A DNA stretch of 64,000 nucleotides, from sequence record MG673519.1; one strand, written 5' to 3'. This document shows positions 8,197 through 18,976 of the stretch, one piece after another (within the stretch, counting starts at the first letter, position 1; each line of letters opens with the position of its first letter). This DNA is from Escherichia phage LAMP. Both the position numbers and the translations under genes were made by a program. Under the pieces are notes generated by a model, which saw only the letters and a list, made by a program, of their open reading frames with translations, did not search any database and was not told the origin of the DNA.

Positions 8197-10332
8197 ATGT
8201 CTAGAGAATTAATGCCTAAATCCGGTATAATGATGCCACATGTAGTGGTTAACCGAGATGCTGCGGTAGTAGGTGTCTCCACTGTAGACGGAGTGGCTGG
8301 TGCAATTGATCTTACTGGTAAGTATCTACAGAAAACAGATGCGTCAGCTACCTATCAAACAAAAACTGAAGGTGCTTCTAAGACTTATGTTTTAGATTCT
8401 ATTCAACCTATCATGGAAGGTGCTTTATTTAAAGCTGACCCTTTCGTAGATAACAACGTCCCTTTCCGTTCCGCTGGGGCTAATGGTGTAGAGTCTGTGG
8501 ATATGATGAAAGTCACCACTGATAACTCAATCAAGATTGGTAGTTATGCTTCCTCAGTTCAAGGAGTAGAGATTCATTCTGCTGGTCGTGTTCAGGTTGT
8601 TGACCAGAATGACGGTGGTGTAGAAACTAAATATCCTATCTATTCTAAGCGTTTCCGTCCTGAGATTGAAGATTTACCTTTTGCTGCAATCGGTTCTTAT
8701 GTTAAGGATTCTCAAGGTCGTACCATTGGAGTAAATCGAACTGGTATCAACTCTGATATCAAACAGTTTACTCAGAAAGTAACTTTCTCTGAACCAGTTA
8801 CTGTTCCTGATGCTGTTGGTGATTATGATGCTGTTACACTAAGACAGCTTCGTAACAGTGGTGGAGGTTCTGGTGGTCCTACCATGAGCGGTATCTCCAA
8901 CTTTGGTATTGGTGATTTCCATCTTCGTGATAGTCGTGCTTTTATCCCAGCTTTTGAAGTAACCTCTGATGGACAGCTTCTCAGTCGTTCAGAGTATCCA
9001 GACCTTTGGGCTTATGCTCAACTGTTGACACCTATCTCGGATGCTGATTGGTTGGCTGATCCTCAGAAACGTGGTAAATACTCAACAGGTGATGGTTCTA
9101 CTACTTTCCGTGTCCCTGACCGAAATGGTGTCCAATCAGGTTCAATTAAAGAGTTGTTTGGGAGAGGGGACGGAGGATCTTCCTCTACCGCAGGTACCAT
9201 ATATGAAGCAGCAGCGCCAGACATTGGAGGGGCAGCAGCTGGCGTATCTCAAGGTACTTATGCGCAAATTTTTGGTACAGCAGTAAGAGGTGCGTTTTTC
9301 ACAGATAACGGACTGTATCCTCAAGGAGCTGGTGAAACAATACCGGGTGGTACTGGTGCAACTGAAGGTCGTCAGAATACTCTGAATTTCCTAGCAAGTA
9401 GATCTAATGCTACTTATGGGAGATACGGTGTTTCAGATAACATCCTCCCTCGTAACTTCATCGGTGTTTGGACCATCCGTGCTCATGGTGGGTTCGTAGC
9501 TGCTAATACTTCTTGGTCTGTTATTAACGGCGACACGTCAATGCCACCTTCCGGAGTTTCAGTAGACGGTGGTTACATACGTAGTGTGTACAATGTGGCC
9601 GGTTCTCCGGTAGCAGAGTTCGCTGTCCGAGCGGTTGCAAACTCTAACGGTTATTATGCCAGAGCGTACACGAGAAACCATACTGACAACACGTCGGGGT
9701 ACTTTGATTTCCATGAGAATGGAGAGTTCGCTGCGGCTGAGTTCCGTGGTCAAAGAATTACCTTGAATGATAATAACTGGCCGGGAGTGGTGATGAAGCC
9801 TTTTTCGGCTAACCCATCTGCTCTCGGTGGTGTCACTCTTATCGAATCCAACATTGGAGCCGCTGCTAGTGATGTCTCCCGTGTGAGTCTGATTAGACGG
9901 AGGGTTGACGGTGTTACAGGTTCGATTACCGTTGGTTTTCCGCAGACAGCAGGTACTCTGGCTCTCCAAGGTACTTCTGGCATCAATTTTAAGAAGGATA
10001 TTGTTGATGCTGATGCTAATGAAGCACTCGATAGAATCACCAACCAGCGTTTGGTCAACTTTGTCTATAAAGATGATGAGCAAGAACGTGTTCGATTCGG
10101 TGTTATTGCTGAAGAAGCAGAGTTAATTGCACCGCAATACATCAAACACAATCAGGAATCTTACGAGGACATTCTTGACGAAGAAGGGAATAAGATTGGC
10201 GAGAAGACAAGGGACAGACCTTCCGTCGACGTCAACCCAATCGTCATGGATTTGATGGGGTGTGTTCAGGCGCTGACTAAAAGGATTGAGGCGATGGAAG
10301 CCGAGATTGCTGAACTCAAATCTAACAAGTGA
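8197..10332 (+). CDS. tail fiber protein 2 (paralog of fiber 1) with tail-collar-like module and C-terminal chaperone domain
   Basis: 711 aa; shares a long central module and the C-terminal chaperone-like domain with the 4951-8157 product. Confidence 0.75.
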   Translation: MSRELMPKSGIMMPHVVVNRDAAVVGVSTVDGVAGAIDLTGKYLQKTDASATYQTKTEGASKTYVLDSIQPIMEGALFKADPFVDNNVPFRSAGANGVESVDMMKVTTDNSIKIGSYASSVQGVEIHSAGRVQVVDQNDGGVETKYPIYSKRFRPEIEDLPFAAIGSYVKDSQGRTIGVNRTGINSDIKQFTQKVTFSEPVTVPDAVGDYDAVTLRQLRNSGGGSGGPTMSGISNFGIGDFHLRDSRAFIPAFEVTSDGQLLSRSEYPDLWAYAQLLTPISDADWLADPQKRGKYSTGDGSTTFRVPDRNGVQSGSIKELFGRGDGGSSSTAGTIYEAAAPDIGGAAAGVSQGTYAQIFGTAVRGAFFTDNGLYPQGAGETIPGGTGATEGRQNTLNFLASRSNATYGRYGVSDNILPRNFIGVWTIRAHGGFVAANTSWSVINGDTSMPPSGVSVDGGYIRSVYNVAGSPVAEFAVRAVANSNGYYARAYTRNHTDNTSGYFDFHENGEFAAAEFRGQRITLNDNNWPGVVMKPFSANPSALGGVTLIESNIGAAASDVSRVSLIRRRVDGVTGSITVGFPQTAGTLALQGTSGINFKKDIVDADANEALDRITNQRLVNFVYKDDEQERVRFGVIAEEAELIAPQYIKHNQESYEDILDEEGNKIGEKTRDRPSVDVNPIVMDLMGCVQALTKRIEAMEAEIAELKSNK

Positions 10333-10336
10333 GATA

Positions 10337-10354
10337 AGCCCCTTCGGGGGCTTT
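10337..10354 (+). terminator. weak terminator hairpin
   Basis: agcccc-ttcg-ggggct followed by TTT. Confidence 0.35.
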
Positions 10355-10424
10355 AGTAGTAAGTACCCTTAGTAAGTAATGAAACTAATATATCCCAAGA
10401 GGTTAATATATAGGAGACACTCAA

Positions 10425-10643
10425 ATGAAAATGATGAAACAAGCTGCATATGGTTTAATCTGTTTAGGTGCAGGTGTTGTGGTGTCAACCGCAGTTCCTG
10501 TAGGCGCAGTTCTTCCATTAGTAACTGTCCCTGCTCCAGTAGAGAAACTTAGTTCTCAATGTAAGCAGCGAACCATTCAAAATAATCTAGTTGTTATTTG
10601 TCCTGATGCTGAATCTAACGCTCTGAGAAAGATACTACCTTAA
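10425..10643 (+). CDS. small membrane protein (possible holin)
   Basis: 72 aa with hydrophobic N-terminal segment; immediately upstream of lysozyme gene. Confidence 0.35.
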   Translation: MKMMKQAAYGLICLGAGVVVSTAVPVGAVLPLVTVPAPVEKLSSQCKQRTIQNNLVVICPDAESNALRKILP

Positions 10644-10672
10644 TTTAAAGGGACCACAAAAGGAGGTTAGAA

Positions 10673-11164
10673 ATGGATAACGCCGCATTGCCACCTGTAC
10701 AACTAAACTTAAGCCCAGCTGGAATGGAATTCATCATGAAGCATGAGGGTATGAGAACCAAGGCTTATAAAGATTCCGCAGGTATCTGGACGATATGTGT
10801 AGGGGCTACGCGCGATATGAATGGTTATCCGGTTAGGCAAGGATTAACATATTCTATAGAGGATTGTCTAGCTCTGCTAGATAGAGACACACAAGACTCT
10901 GTTCGTGCTACTCAGAAGAACATAAAGGTTCCTTTACTAGTTCATGAGTTTGATGCACTCGCTTCTTTCAGCTTCAATGTTGGCAGTGGTGCTTTGAGCA
11001 CATCTAAGTTAAGGAAGGTTATCAATGGAGAGGTCAAAGGTGATGTATACTCAGAGTTTCTTCGTTGGGATAAAATTACGGTGAATGGAGAGAAGCATAG
11101 GAGTCAGGGTCTTCATAACAGAAGGGTTGCAGAAGCTGATCTTTATACCGAAGGTAAATATTAA
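10673..11164 (+). CDS. lysozyme, glycoside hydrolase family 24 (T4 lysozyme-like)
   Basis: N-terminal MKHEGMRTKAYKDSAGIWTICVGAT pattern typical of GH24 muramidases. Confidence 0.8.
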   Translation: MDNAALPPVQLNLSPAGMEFIMKHEGMRTKAYKDSAGIWTICVGATRDMNGYPVRQGLTYSIEDCLALLDRDTQDSVRATQKNIKVPLLVHEFDALASFSFNVGSGALSTSKLRKVINGEVKGDVYSEFLRWDKITVNGEKHRSQGLHNRRVAEADLYTEGKY

Positions 11165-11176
11165 TGGAGGTGCCTT

Positions 11177-11980
11177 TTGGCTATCGAAACTAATGCGGTA
11201 GTAGTTACCGACTTGAATCCACTCTATCCTAGAGACAGGGATTATATCTACGAAGGGGCGGCTCAAATCCGCCTCATTAAACAAACACTACAAAACACAT
11301 TCCCCAATGTTACAGAACCAGTTCAGTTGGACTCAGATTCTCTCAATATTCTGGCTAGCAAAGTTACCTTTACTGGTGACTCTATGGATGTTGGTGGGTT
11401 GATGATCAAGAATGCCACTCCGGGTACAGGTGATAGCGATGTTGTCACTAAAGGCCAGATGGAAGCTTTCATGCAGAACTGGATGGCTAATAAACTTTAC
11501 AGGATTGGCTCTTACTATATCACTGAAGAAGATATTAACCCCGGTGATAGTTCTTCTCTTGGTTTTGGCTCTTGGGCTAAAGTGACTGGTGTTATTATGG
11601 GTACTGGTGTAGTAAACCCTGATGGCTCTGTTCCTAATGCTCAGAGGGTTGAATTCCAAGCAGGTGGTACTGGTGGTCGTGTATTCAATACCATTCGAAC
11701 AGAGAACGTACCTTTGATGACAGTTAATGGCTCCAGCTTCTCCTTATCCAGTAACACCCACAGCCACAATATGGTATTTGGTCGTGGAGATGCTAGTGGT
11801 CATAACAGCTCACCAAACTGGTATAGTCCAGGTGGTGGTTACAGTCAGAGAACGGAGAATGACACTCACACTCATACAATCTCTGGTAGTGTAAGTCTTG
11901 GTCGTGATGATATCTCTCGTCAACCTATTAACACTTTGCCACCATTCAGAGCAGCTCACATTTGGAGACGTATTAGCTAA
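11177..11980 (+). CDS. tail protein (TTG start)
   Basis: 267-aa ORF with ggagg RBS; Gly/Ser/Thr-rich, in tail gene block. Confidence 0.4.
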   Translation: MAIETNAVVVTDLNPLYPRDRDYIYEGAAQIRLIKQTLQNTFPNVTEPVQLDSDSLNILASKVTFTGDSMDVGGLMIKNATPGTGDSDVVTKGQMEAFMQNWMANKLYRIGSYYITEEDINPGDSSSLGFGSWAKVTGVIMGTGVVNPDGSVPNAQRVEFQAGGTGGRVFNTIRTENVPLMTVNGSSFSLSSNTHSHNMVFGRGDASGHNSSPNWYSPGGGYSQRTENDTHTHTISGSVSLGRDDISRQPINTLPPFRAAHIWRRIS

Positions 11981-11989
11981 GGAGGAATT

Positions 11990-14900
11990 ATGGCGCTGTA
12001 TCCAATAAAGTCACTAGGTGCTGTAGGCGTTATCGCTGATCAGGCTCCGACAGACTTAGCTCCTAATGCTTTCACTAATGCTATAAATGCTCGATTTGTT
12101 GAGCAGAGAGTGTTTAAGACGGGGGGCAATGCCCCTCTTTCTTATGTAGATGAAGATAAGGATTTAACCCCTCTGTCTTTCGTGTCTATGCCTTTCGATT
12201 ATTATAGCGCAGGTAATAGCTTTCTTGTTGTAGGTACGAATAAGAAGTTATATAAACTGACAGATGAAAGCTTGACTGACATTAGCCGTAAGGTTGCTAC
12301 AGTCACTAAGAAGGCTTCTGCCTCAATTAAGATCTATCCAGTTGTTTCTCAAATCGTTCCTAAAGAATCAACTATTTCAATGAACTTCAATCAGACTAAG
12401 AATCTAGAAGTTTCTCTTCTTCCTGCTGATGCTAACAATACCGACCTTGTTTGGGAGGTTAGTAATTCAACCTATGGAAGTATTGCAGTAGACCCTAATG
12501 ATTCTAAACTTGCTACCCTAACATCTTTTGAGAGAGAGGGGAATCTTGTAGTAACCATCTCTACTGCTGATGATTCTGTAGTGGCTCAGATTGCTGTGAA
12601 CATTATAGATGGTGATTCGGGAATCTTCTTGAGTCAGGACACTGTTACTATCCGTAAAGGAGGAACTACCACTCTTACGGCTGTTACTGGTAAAACCCCT
12701 GTTACTTGGTCTAGCAGTAATGCTTCTATTGTATCCGTAACCCCTAACGCTAATTCTCTAACTGCTGTTATTACTGCTAATGGTGAGGGCAACGTAACAA
12801 TCACTGCCGATAATGGAACGAAGACTGCTTCTTGTGAGGTTGTTTCTATACCTCAGATTGATAGCATCTCTTTAAGCCAGTCGGATGTTATTGTAAGCAG
12901 AGGTTCTCAGTACATCTTAACTGCTACCCTTTCTCCTGCTGATGCCCCTAATCAAAACATTACTTGGACCTCTTCTAATCCAAATATTGCAACAGTATCA
13001 GGGACTAGTACACAAGGGACGATCAATGCCTTACTTGCTGGATTTACTGAGATTACGGCTACCACTGAAGAAGGTAACAGAGTTGCTGTCTGTACTGTAC
13101 GAGTAGATTTAGCTGGAAGGGCGATGAGAACAAGTGCTATGGCATTTGCTGCACCTGCATCAGAACCAATTGAATCACAAGAGGAAGAAGTAGTAACTTC
13201 TCCTGAAAGTGAAGAGACGGTTTATTTTGCTGATCCTGTGTCTGGTATCGATACGTCAGGGATGTATGAAGGTAATAACTTCTACGACTACTCTAACGTG
13301 AACGACATTGAAGGTTTTGCAAGAGCTTCTTTACTAGAAACCCCTTTGTCATCCGTAACCTTGGATGTTGTCAGTGCTTCTCTTGATGTTGGTGAGGAAA
13401 TAGTTATTACAGCTACAGCTTCTCCAGAAGGTGAGTATTCCTATCAGTGGTCTGTCGATAAGACTGGTTATGTTTCTACAACTTCAGTTACTGGTAAATC
13501 TATCAAACTGGTTGCTCTTCGTAAAGGGGAGGTTAACGTAACATGTACTGTTAGTCAGATGACTCAGAAAGATTACGATGCTTTTGATGACTACCCTTGG
13601 TATCACGCTGTTATCTCTAACTGTGCAGTTGCTACAACTCACTATGAAACTCCTCAGGTAAAAGAGTTCGAATCAGAATACTTTGTAGACCTTCCGGGGT
13701 GGGGTGAGCAAACAGTTGTTGACAGTGATGGAAACCCTTCAGTCAAAAAGTTTAACTGGAAATGTGAGAGAGTAAGATCTTTTAACAACCGTCTTTTTGC
13801 TCTGAATATGAGAGAGGCTAATGCTTCTGGTGTTACCACTAACTACCCTCTTCGTCTTCGTTGGTCTAATTTTGCCAACGAGAACAAAGCTCCTACTTTA
13901 TGGGATGACTTTGCCTATGATCGAGTTGTGTCTTCGGACTTGGCTTCTAACATCGTAGGACAGACTCAGGCTTTAGAAAATGGATATGCTGGTTACATCG
14001 ACTTAGCTGACTCTAACGGCAGCTTGATTGATATCCTACCTCTTAAAGATTACTTGTTCGTTTATACAGAGTTTGAAACGTATATTGGTTCTCCAACTAA
14101 TAACACGTACCAACCTCTGATGTTCAAGAAACTCTTTAACGATTCCGGTATCCTTGCTCCTGAGTGTGCGGTTGAAGTAGAAGGTAGTCACTTCGTAGTT
14201 ACTCAGAACGATGTAATCTTACACAATGGTGCAACCAAGAAGTCAATCGCTTCTAACCGTGTTAAGAATATGCTAATTAATGAGATATGTCTGGTTAACC
14301 CTTTAGCTACTCGAGTACATTTGCATCAGGATAAGAAAGAAGTTTGGATTCTGTACGTAGGTCCGGGAGAACCAAAAGAAAGCTTCGCTTGTACTAAAGC
14401 TGCTGTATGGAACTACGAGTTTGATACTTGGTCTTTCCGTACTATCCCATATGCTCAATGTATTGGTCTGGTTGATCCTCCTGTTCTTGAAAGAGGTCCG
14501 ATCTGGGCTGACTTCCAAGAGATCACTTGGGATGACCCTTCAATCAAAGAGCTTGTTTGGAGAAAAGATGCAACTAACTTCCGTCAGAGGGTTACGATAG
14601 TAGGTTCATTCTTACGAGGTTTCTATCAAGTGGATGTTGGTGCTTTGGATTACTTCTATGATAGGCTTAATGATAAGGTTATAGAAAAACCACTGGAGAT
14701 GAGGTTAGAAAGAACTGGTATTGATTTTGATAACGTCACTAACGAATGGAATCAGAAACATATCAACAGGTTCAGACCTCAGACGACAGGTTCTGGTACG
14801 TATACTTTTGAAGCAGGTGGTAGTCAATTCTCTAATGAGTATGGTCATCCACACACATCTAAGACGTATACGATTGGTGTTGATAGGCATGTCTCGGTGA

Positions 14901-15007
14901 GACTGAACCATCCATACCTTTTCTATAATGTTATAGATAATGATGTTAACAGTAATGCTGCTATCAATGGATTAACGATAGAGTTTGCTGTTGGCGGGCG
15001 GAGATAA
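11990..15007 (+). CDS. large tail protein with tandem Ig-like (BIG2-type) domains
   Basis: 1005 aa; repeated segments of the form SVTP..A.....VTA..EG; strong RBS. Confidence 0.5.
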   Translation: MALYPIKSLGAVGVIADQAPTDLAPNAFTNAINARFVEQRVFKTGGNAPLSYVDEDKDLTPLSFVSMPFDYYSAGNSFLVVGTNKKLYKLTDESLTDISRKVATVTKKASASIKIYPVVSQIVPKESTISMNFNQTKNLEVSLLPADANNTDLVWEVSNSTYGSIAVDPNDSKLATLTSFEREGNLVVTISTADDSVVAQIAVNIIDGDSGIFLSQDTVTIRKGGTTTLTAVTGKTPVTWSSSNASIVSVTPNANSLTAVITANGEGNVTITADNGTKTASCEVVSIPQIDSISLSQSDVIVSRGSQYILTATLSPADAPNQNITWTSSNPNIATVSGTSTQGTINALLAGFTEITATTEEGNRVAVCTVRVDLAGRAMRTSAMAFAAPASEPIESQEEEVVTSPESEETVYFADPVSGIDTSGMYEGNNFYDYSNVNDIEGFARASLLETPLSSVTLDVVSASLDVGEEIVITATASPEGEYSYQWSVDKTGYVSTTSVTGKSIKLVALRKGEVNVTCTVSQMTQKDYDAFDDYPWYHAVISNCAVATTHYETPQVKEFESEYFVDLPGWGEQTVVDSDGNPSVKKFNWKCERVRSFNNRLFALNMREANASGVTTNYPLRLRWSNFANENKAPTLWDDFAYDRVVSSDLASNIVGQTQALENGYAGYIDLADSNGSLIDILPLKDYLFVYTEFETYIGSPTNNTYQPLMFKKLFNDSGILAPECAVEVEGSHFVVTQNDVILHNGATKKSIASNRVKNMLINEICLVNPLATRVHLHQDKKEVWILYVGPGEPKESFACTKAAVWNYEFDTWSFRTIPYAQCIGLVDPPVLERGPIWADFQEITWDDPSIKELVWRKDATNFRQRVTIVGSFLRGFYQVDVGALDYFYDRLNDKVIEKPLEMRLERTGIDFDNVTNEWNQKHINRFRPQTTGSGTYTFEAGGSQFSNEYGHPHTSKTYTIGVDRHVSVRLNHPYLFYNVIDNDVNSNAAINGLTIEFAVGGRR

Positions 15008-15011
15008 CAAC

Positions 15012-15040
15012 AAGGGGCTTCGTGCCCCTTTTATTGTTTT
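15012..15040 (+). terminator. rho-independent terminator
   Basis: aaggggc-ttcgt-gcccctt hairpin followed by T-rich tract. Confidence 0.6.
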
Positions 15041-15050
15041 GGAGGAACTT

Positions 15051-16064
15051 ATGGGTGCAGGTGGTTTTCGTAAGAACACTGGTCGCAATAACACCACACT
15101 CCCGTACAACGTTGGGTTTCTCAATAATGTACAGGACACAGAAACTTATAACGTAGCCGTGTATGATGAGTTACAGAAAGTCAGTACAGCTACTAACCAA
15201 ATGTTCCAAGCTATTGATGAGATTCACGATGAGATTGATGTTCGTATCAAAGCTCTTAATGCGATGAACTTACAATTTGATGAGCTTGAGAACAGAATTA
15301 CTACAGAGATAGAAACAGCTATTGCAGATATTCAAACACAGATGGGGAACCTCTCCACTGACGATATTTGGGATAACTCAGTACAACCTCCGGTTAAACT
15401 AGAAAGCTCTATCTCTGGTATTAAAACAAGTATTGAAGGTAATGATCTTAAGATACAAACTGTTCAAGGTATTGTTAACCAGCAGGGAGAAGAGATTGCA
15501 TTAGTCCAGACAGAACTCACTTCTCAAGGACAGCAAATTACTGATGTTGATGGGAAGGTCACTACCGTGCAGAACTCCCTTTCTCAGTATATGAAATTAA
15601 CTTCGTATGAAGCAACTTGGGGTGTTAACTCTTCTGTTAATGGTCAGTATGCTGGGGTTAAATTAACCAACAACGGAACGAACAGTCAATTCCAAGTAAC
15701 AGCTAACAAGTTCATCGTTGGTAATGGCACGACAGGTAATACTCCTTTTGTGTTTGAGAACGGAAGAGCTAGAATGGAATTCGCTGATATAAAGAACGTC
15801 AACATTACAACTGCTATGATTGCTAATGCTAGGATTCAGTGGGCACAGATTGATAATGTTAGCATAACAAATGCACAAATAACGAGTTTATCCGCTGATA
15901 AAATTACAGCTGGGGCTATGAGTGGTTCAAACTGGAGACTTACTGTTGGTGGTGATTTCCAATTAGGTTCTGGTTCTGGTGGTAACCGGTTGTGGATGAA
16001 TGGTAGTCGTATCGACTTCTATGACGGAAGTGGCACGCTTCGTATTAGAATAGGGACTTGGTAA
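15051..16064 (+). CDS. tail fiber or tail-associated protein (coiled-coil N-terminus, beta-rich C-terminus)
   Basis: ATG at 15051 preceded by ggagg and located after the terminator; the track's earlier start at 14985 overlaps the upstream gene. Confidence 0.45.
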   Translation: MGAGGFRKNTGRNNTTLPYNVGFLNNVQDTETYNVAVYDELQKVSTATNQMFQAIDEIHDEIDVRIKALNAMNLQFDELENRITTEIETAIADIQTQMGNLSTDDIWDNSVQPPVKLESSISGIKTSIEGNDLKIQTVQGIVNQQGEEIALVQTELTSQGQQITDVDGKVTTVQNSLSQYMKLTSYEATWGVNSSVNGQYAGVKLTNNGTNSQFQVTANKFIVGNGTTGNTPFVFENGRARMEFADIKNVNITTAMIANARIQWAQIDNVSITNAQITSLSADKITAGAMSGSNWRLTVGGDFQLGSGSGGNRLWMNGSRIDFYDGSGTLRIRIGTW

Positions 16065-16065
16065 T

Positions 16066-17100
16066 ATGGCATATGGAATATGGACAACACCAGTCGGACC
16101 GGGACCAGCTTCTCCGGCTGAACTTTTTATCGACAGCAACACAACTTTCCCACAACTTAAGAATAGAGTCAGTGGCAATTTTGCATTTAACGGCAAAACT
16201 TGTGATCTCCCAATAAATGGGTGGGACGGAAGTGGTCAAATAGTTATTGTACCAACAGGGTCTGTTGTGTGGGAGAGATATATACCACCTAACGTAACTT
16301 CGGATGTATATTGGATAGATAATATCTCAGTTATCAATAACTCCACTTTCAGAGTTACTATGGACTATAATGTTAATGGGTGGATATTTGACATGGCTTT
16401 TAATGTGTATCAAATATGGCCTAGAGCTAATAGAAACTACGGGATTACTTTTTCTAACACAGCTGATTACTTCTCTATCTCTGACTCAGGTACTGTCGGT
16501 CAGTGCATTTGGGCTTGGGAGGGTACTATAAATAGCTCTATGCAGATACCTGCTATTAGTGGATTTGATATGAGTAGGGCCACTGTATTTGCGAACTGGA
16601 GTAATGGGAGTGCTGGATTGCTTTATAACCCCTCCAACAGAACTGTGTATGTGTATCAGAATAGGTCTCACAATAATGGAAACACAAACCAGACAGGCTC
16701 TATTAGTGGTGTTAGGATTGCGGTATTTTGTGATGGGTCTAGTGTCCCTACTCATAATGGGGGTTTAAATATTTACTCTCCTAATGGGTCTCAGTGTGTA
16801 TTCTCTACTTACAGAACCCCGTTTATGGTAGATCGTTTTATGCCTATGAGTGGTGGGAATACATCTCTGACGTATCCAATGATACCTCTTTCTTATGGAG
16901 CTGGTGCTATACGGGGGAGCGCTAGTGGTTGGTATTTTCAGCACACAAGATCTCACACAATGAACGGGTCTTCTTTTGGAACAGGATATGGAAGAATGAT
17001 ATATTCGTGGTCTAATCAGTACGATCTCGGTGGTGGGGGTTCTCTAGGGTTAAGTATTCCGGTATTAGACGCCAAGAAGATTTTTAGAAGCATACAATAA
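16066..17100 (+). CDS. virion structural protein
   Basis: 344-aa ORF coupled to upstream gene; Asn/Ser/Thr/Gly-rich. Confidence 0.4.
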   Translation: MAYGIWTTPVGPGPASPAELFIDSNTTFPQLKNRVSGNFAFNGKTCDLPINGWDGSGQIVIVPTGSVVWERYIPPNVTSDVYWIDNISVINNSTFRVTMDYNVNGWIFDMAFNVYQIWPRANRNYGITFSNTADYFSISDSGTVGQCIWAWEGTINSSMQIPAISGFDMSRATVFANWSNGSAGLLYNPSNRTVYVYQNRSHNNGNTNQTGSISGVRIAVFCDGSSVPTHNGGLNIYSPNGSQCVFSTYRTPFMVDRFMPMSGGNTSLTYPMIPLSYGAGAIRGSASGWYFQHTRSHTMNGSSFGTGYGRMIYSWSNQYDLGGGGSLGLSIPVLDAKKIFRSIQ

Positions 17101-17109
17101 GGAGAGCTT

Positions 17110-17892
17110 ATGGCAATTAGAATGGGTATAGAAGAGCTAGACCCGATGGTTCAACAGGCTTCAAAGAAGTATGGAATACCAGCTGCTTTGATTCATGCTG
17201 TAATCCAAAGGGAGTCTAGTGGTCGTCCTAAGGTGGCTTCCGGAACTGGTCCTGTTGGTTTAATGCAGATCAGTAAAGGGTTAGCCAAAGATTATGGTTA
17301 CAAACTAGAAGACAGACTTGACCCAGCAAAGAATATTGATATGGGTGCTCGTTACATCAGAGACAATCTGAAAGCTTTCAACGGTGATGTTAAGAAAGCA
17401 ATGGTTGGTTACTCAGAAGGAACTGGTGGTGCTAAACAAATGTTCGCTGGTAAGAAAGGGTTTACTCCTCAGGCTCTTGATTCAATGAACAACAAACACT
17501 TTCTCCCTTTTTATGGTGATGCAGCTTCTCAGATAGCTAACCCAATTGGAGCTTTGCAAGCTGTTCAACCAGTCAACCAGTTTAATCCAGACTTGTTAGA
17601 CAGAGAGAAGGCTGCACAAGCTCCCACTCAGGCAGATATTGCTGCTTCTAAGACAGGTGCTTTAGGTGGTAATCCGGTAGAGTTTTACTCTGACGAAGTG
17701 CAGGAAGGTGAAGACCAGAAGCCCCAACAGAACTTTGGTAATGCAGTATTAGGGGTGGCTGCTATGCTTGCTGGTAAACCTCCTACCTCTCAAACAGTTC
17801 AGAGGGCAAGTGCACCTCATGCAGCAGGTTCTCAGTACAGCCCACAAACACAAGCAGTGCTTAGACGTCTGGCTAGCATTGGTGTTAAGTAA
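17110..17892 (+). CDS. internal virion protein with lytic transglycosylase (SLT) domain
   Basis: QRESSGRP and GLMQI motifs characteristic of SLT domains. Confidence 0.75.
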   Translation: MAIRMGIEELDPMVQQASKKYGIPAALIHAVIQRESSGRPKVASGTGPVGLMQISKGLAKDYGYKLEDRLDPAKNIDMGARYIRDNLKAFNGDVKKAMVGYSEGTGGAKQMFAGKKGFTPQALDSMNNKHFLPFYGDAASQIANPIGALQAVQPVNQFNPDLLDREKAAQAPTQADIAASKTGALGGNPVEFYSDEVQEGEDQKPQQNFGNAVLGVAAMLAGKPPTSQTVQRASAPHAAGSQYSPQTQAVLRRLASIGVK

Positions 17893-17911
17893 TAATCGTT
17901 AAGGAGGACTT

Positions 17912-18964
17912 ATGTCTTTATTTGGAAAATCAGCTTCTAGCAAAACCACAGTGGCTCCTTCCTCTCAGGTTGATGCCCTGCTGAAGCAGATTGTTGCTAA
18001 TGCTCAGAATATGCAGAACAACGATCAGGGATTCATTTCCCAACAGCTGGCTGGGTTTAATGGCAACCAACAAGGTGCTCTGAACAACTTAGCAGCTTCT
18101 ACTACTCAAAAGCAATTGGCTGATATGTACACACCTCGTACACAGCAAGGGCTAGACCAACTGAATTCTCTTGCCCAGCAGTATCAGAATATTGTTAATG
18201 GTGGTGGCCTGACTGCTGACGGTGTTAATAACTTTAGTAGAGGTTTAAACAACTCAGCTCTTGCTCAAGCTACCAGTAAAGCAGCTTCCAATGTATCTCT
18301 TGGAAATGGTTCTGACTCAGGCTCTCTTCGTAGAGCTGCTGCTCAGGGTGCTGCTCTTAATGGTGCTAATACAAACCTCTCTCGTACCATCAATGGTAAG
18401 AACATGGGAATTAGTGCTCTTCAACAAGATCAAAACTTCCAGAGGGGTTTGCTTGGTGCTCAGTCTGGTTTAGCTGGACAGAACCTTAACCTTGGTGCGC
18501 AAGGTGTTCAGGCAACTCAACAGGCTATCCAGAATCAGCTCATGGCTGGTAATCTACAACAGCAACAAGCTCAAGCTCAAGCGGATATCAATTGGCAGAA
18601 TGCTATTGGTTCTCAGCAGTATGGATGGAATCAGCTTAACAACCAACTTAATGTATTAAACAGTGTAAGCCCTATGGCTGGATATACAATTAAGAATGCC
18701 GCTCCGGGTGTTAATACAGGACAACAGATTCTTGGTGCTGGTATTACTGGTTTAGGTATTGCGGGTCGTATGGGTGCTTTCTCTCCTAACCAACAGACTC
18801 AGAATGCTTGGAGTTCCTACAACAACTCAGGTGGGCAATCTGGAATGGCTGGTCCTATGATTGGAGGTTCTAATCTTTCTCAACAGAAAGGTCAGTCTAA
18901 CTGGTTATCCACAATGGGTAATAATATCTTAGGTGGTGTCTTAGGGGCATTCGGAGCAAACTAA
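17912..18964 (+). CDS. internal virion protein, Gln/Asn/Gly-rich
   Basis: 350-aa ORF with strong RBS in a coupled series. Confidence 0.4.
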   Translation: MSLFGKSASSKTTVAPSSQVDALLKQIVANAQNMQNNDQGFISQQLAGFNGNQQGALNNLAASTTQKQLADMYTPRTQQGLDQLNSLAQQYQNIVNGGGLTADGVNNFSRGLNNSALAQATSKAASNVSLGNGSDSGSLRRAAAQGAALNGANTNLSRTINGKNMGISALQQDQNFQRGLLGAQSGLAGQNLNLGAQGVQATQQAIQNQLMAGNLQQQQAQAQADINWQNAIGSQQYGWNQLNNQLNVLNSVSPMAGYTIKNAAPGVNTGQQILGAGITGLGIAGRMGAFSPNQQTQNAWSSYNNSGGQSGMAGPMIGGSNLSQQKGQSNWLSTMGNNILGGVLGAFGAN

Positions 18965-18976
18965 AGGAGATTTAAT

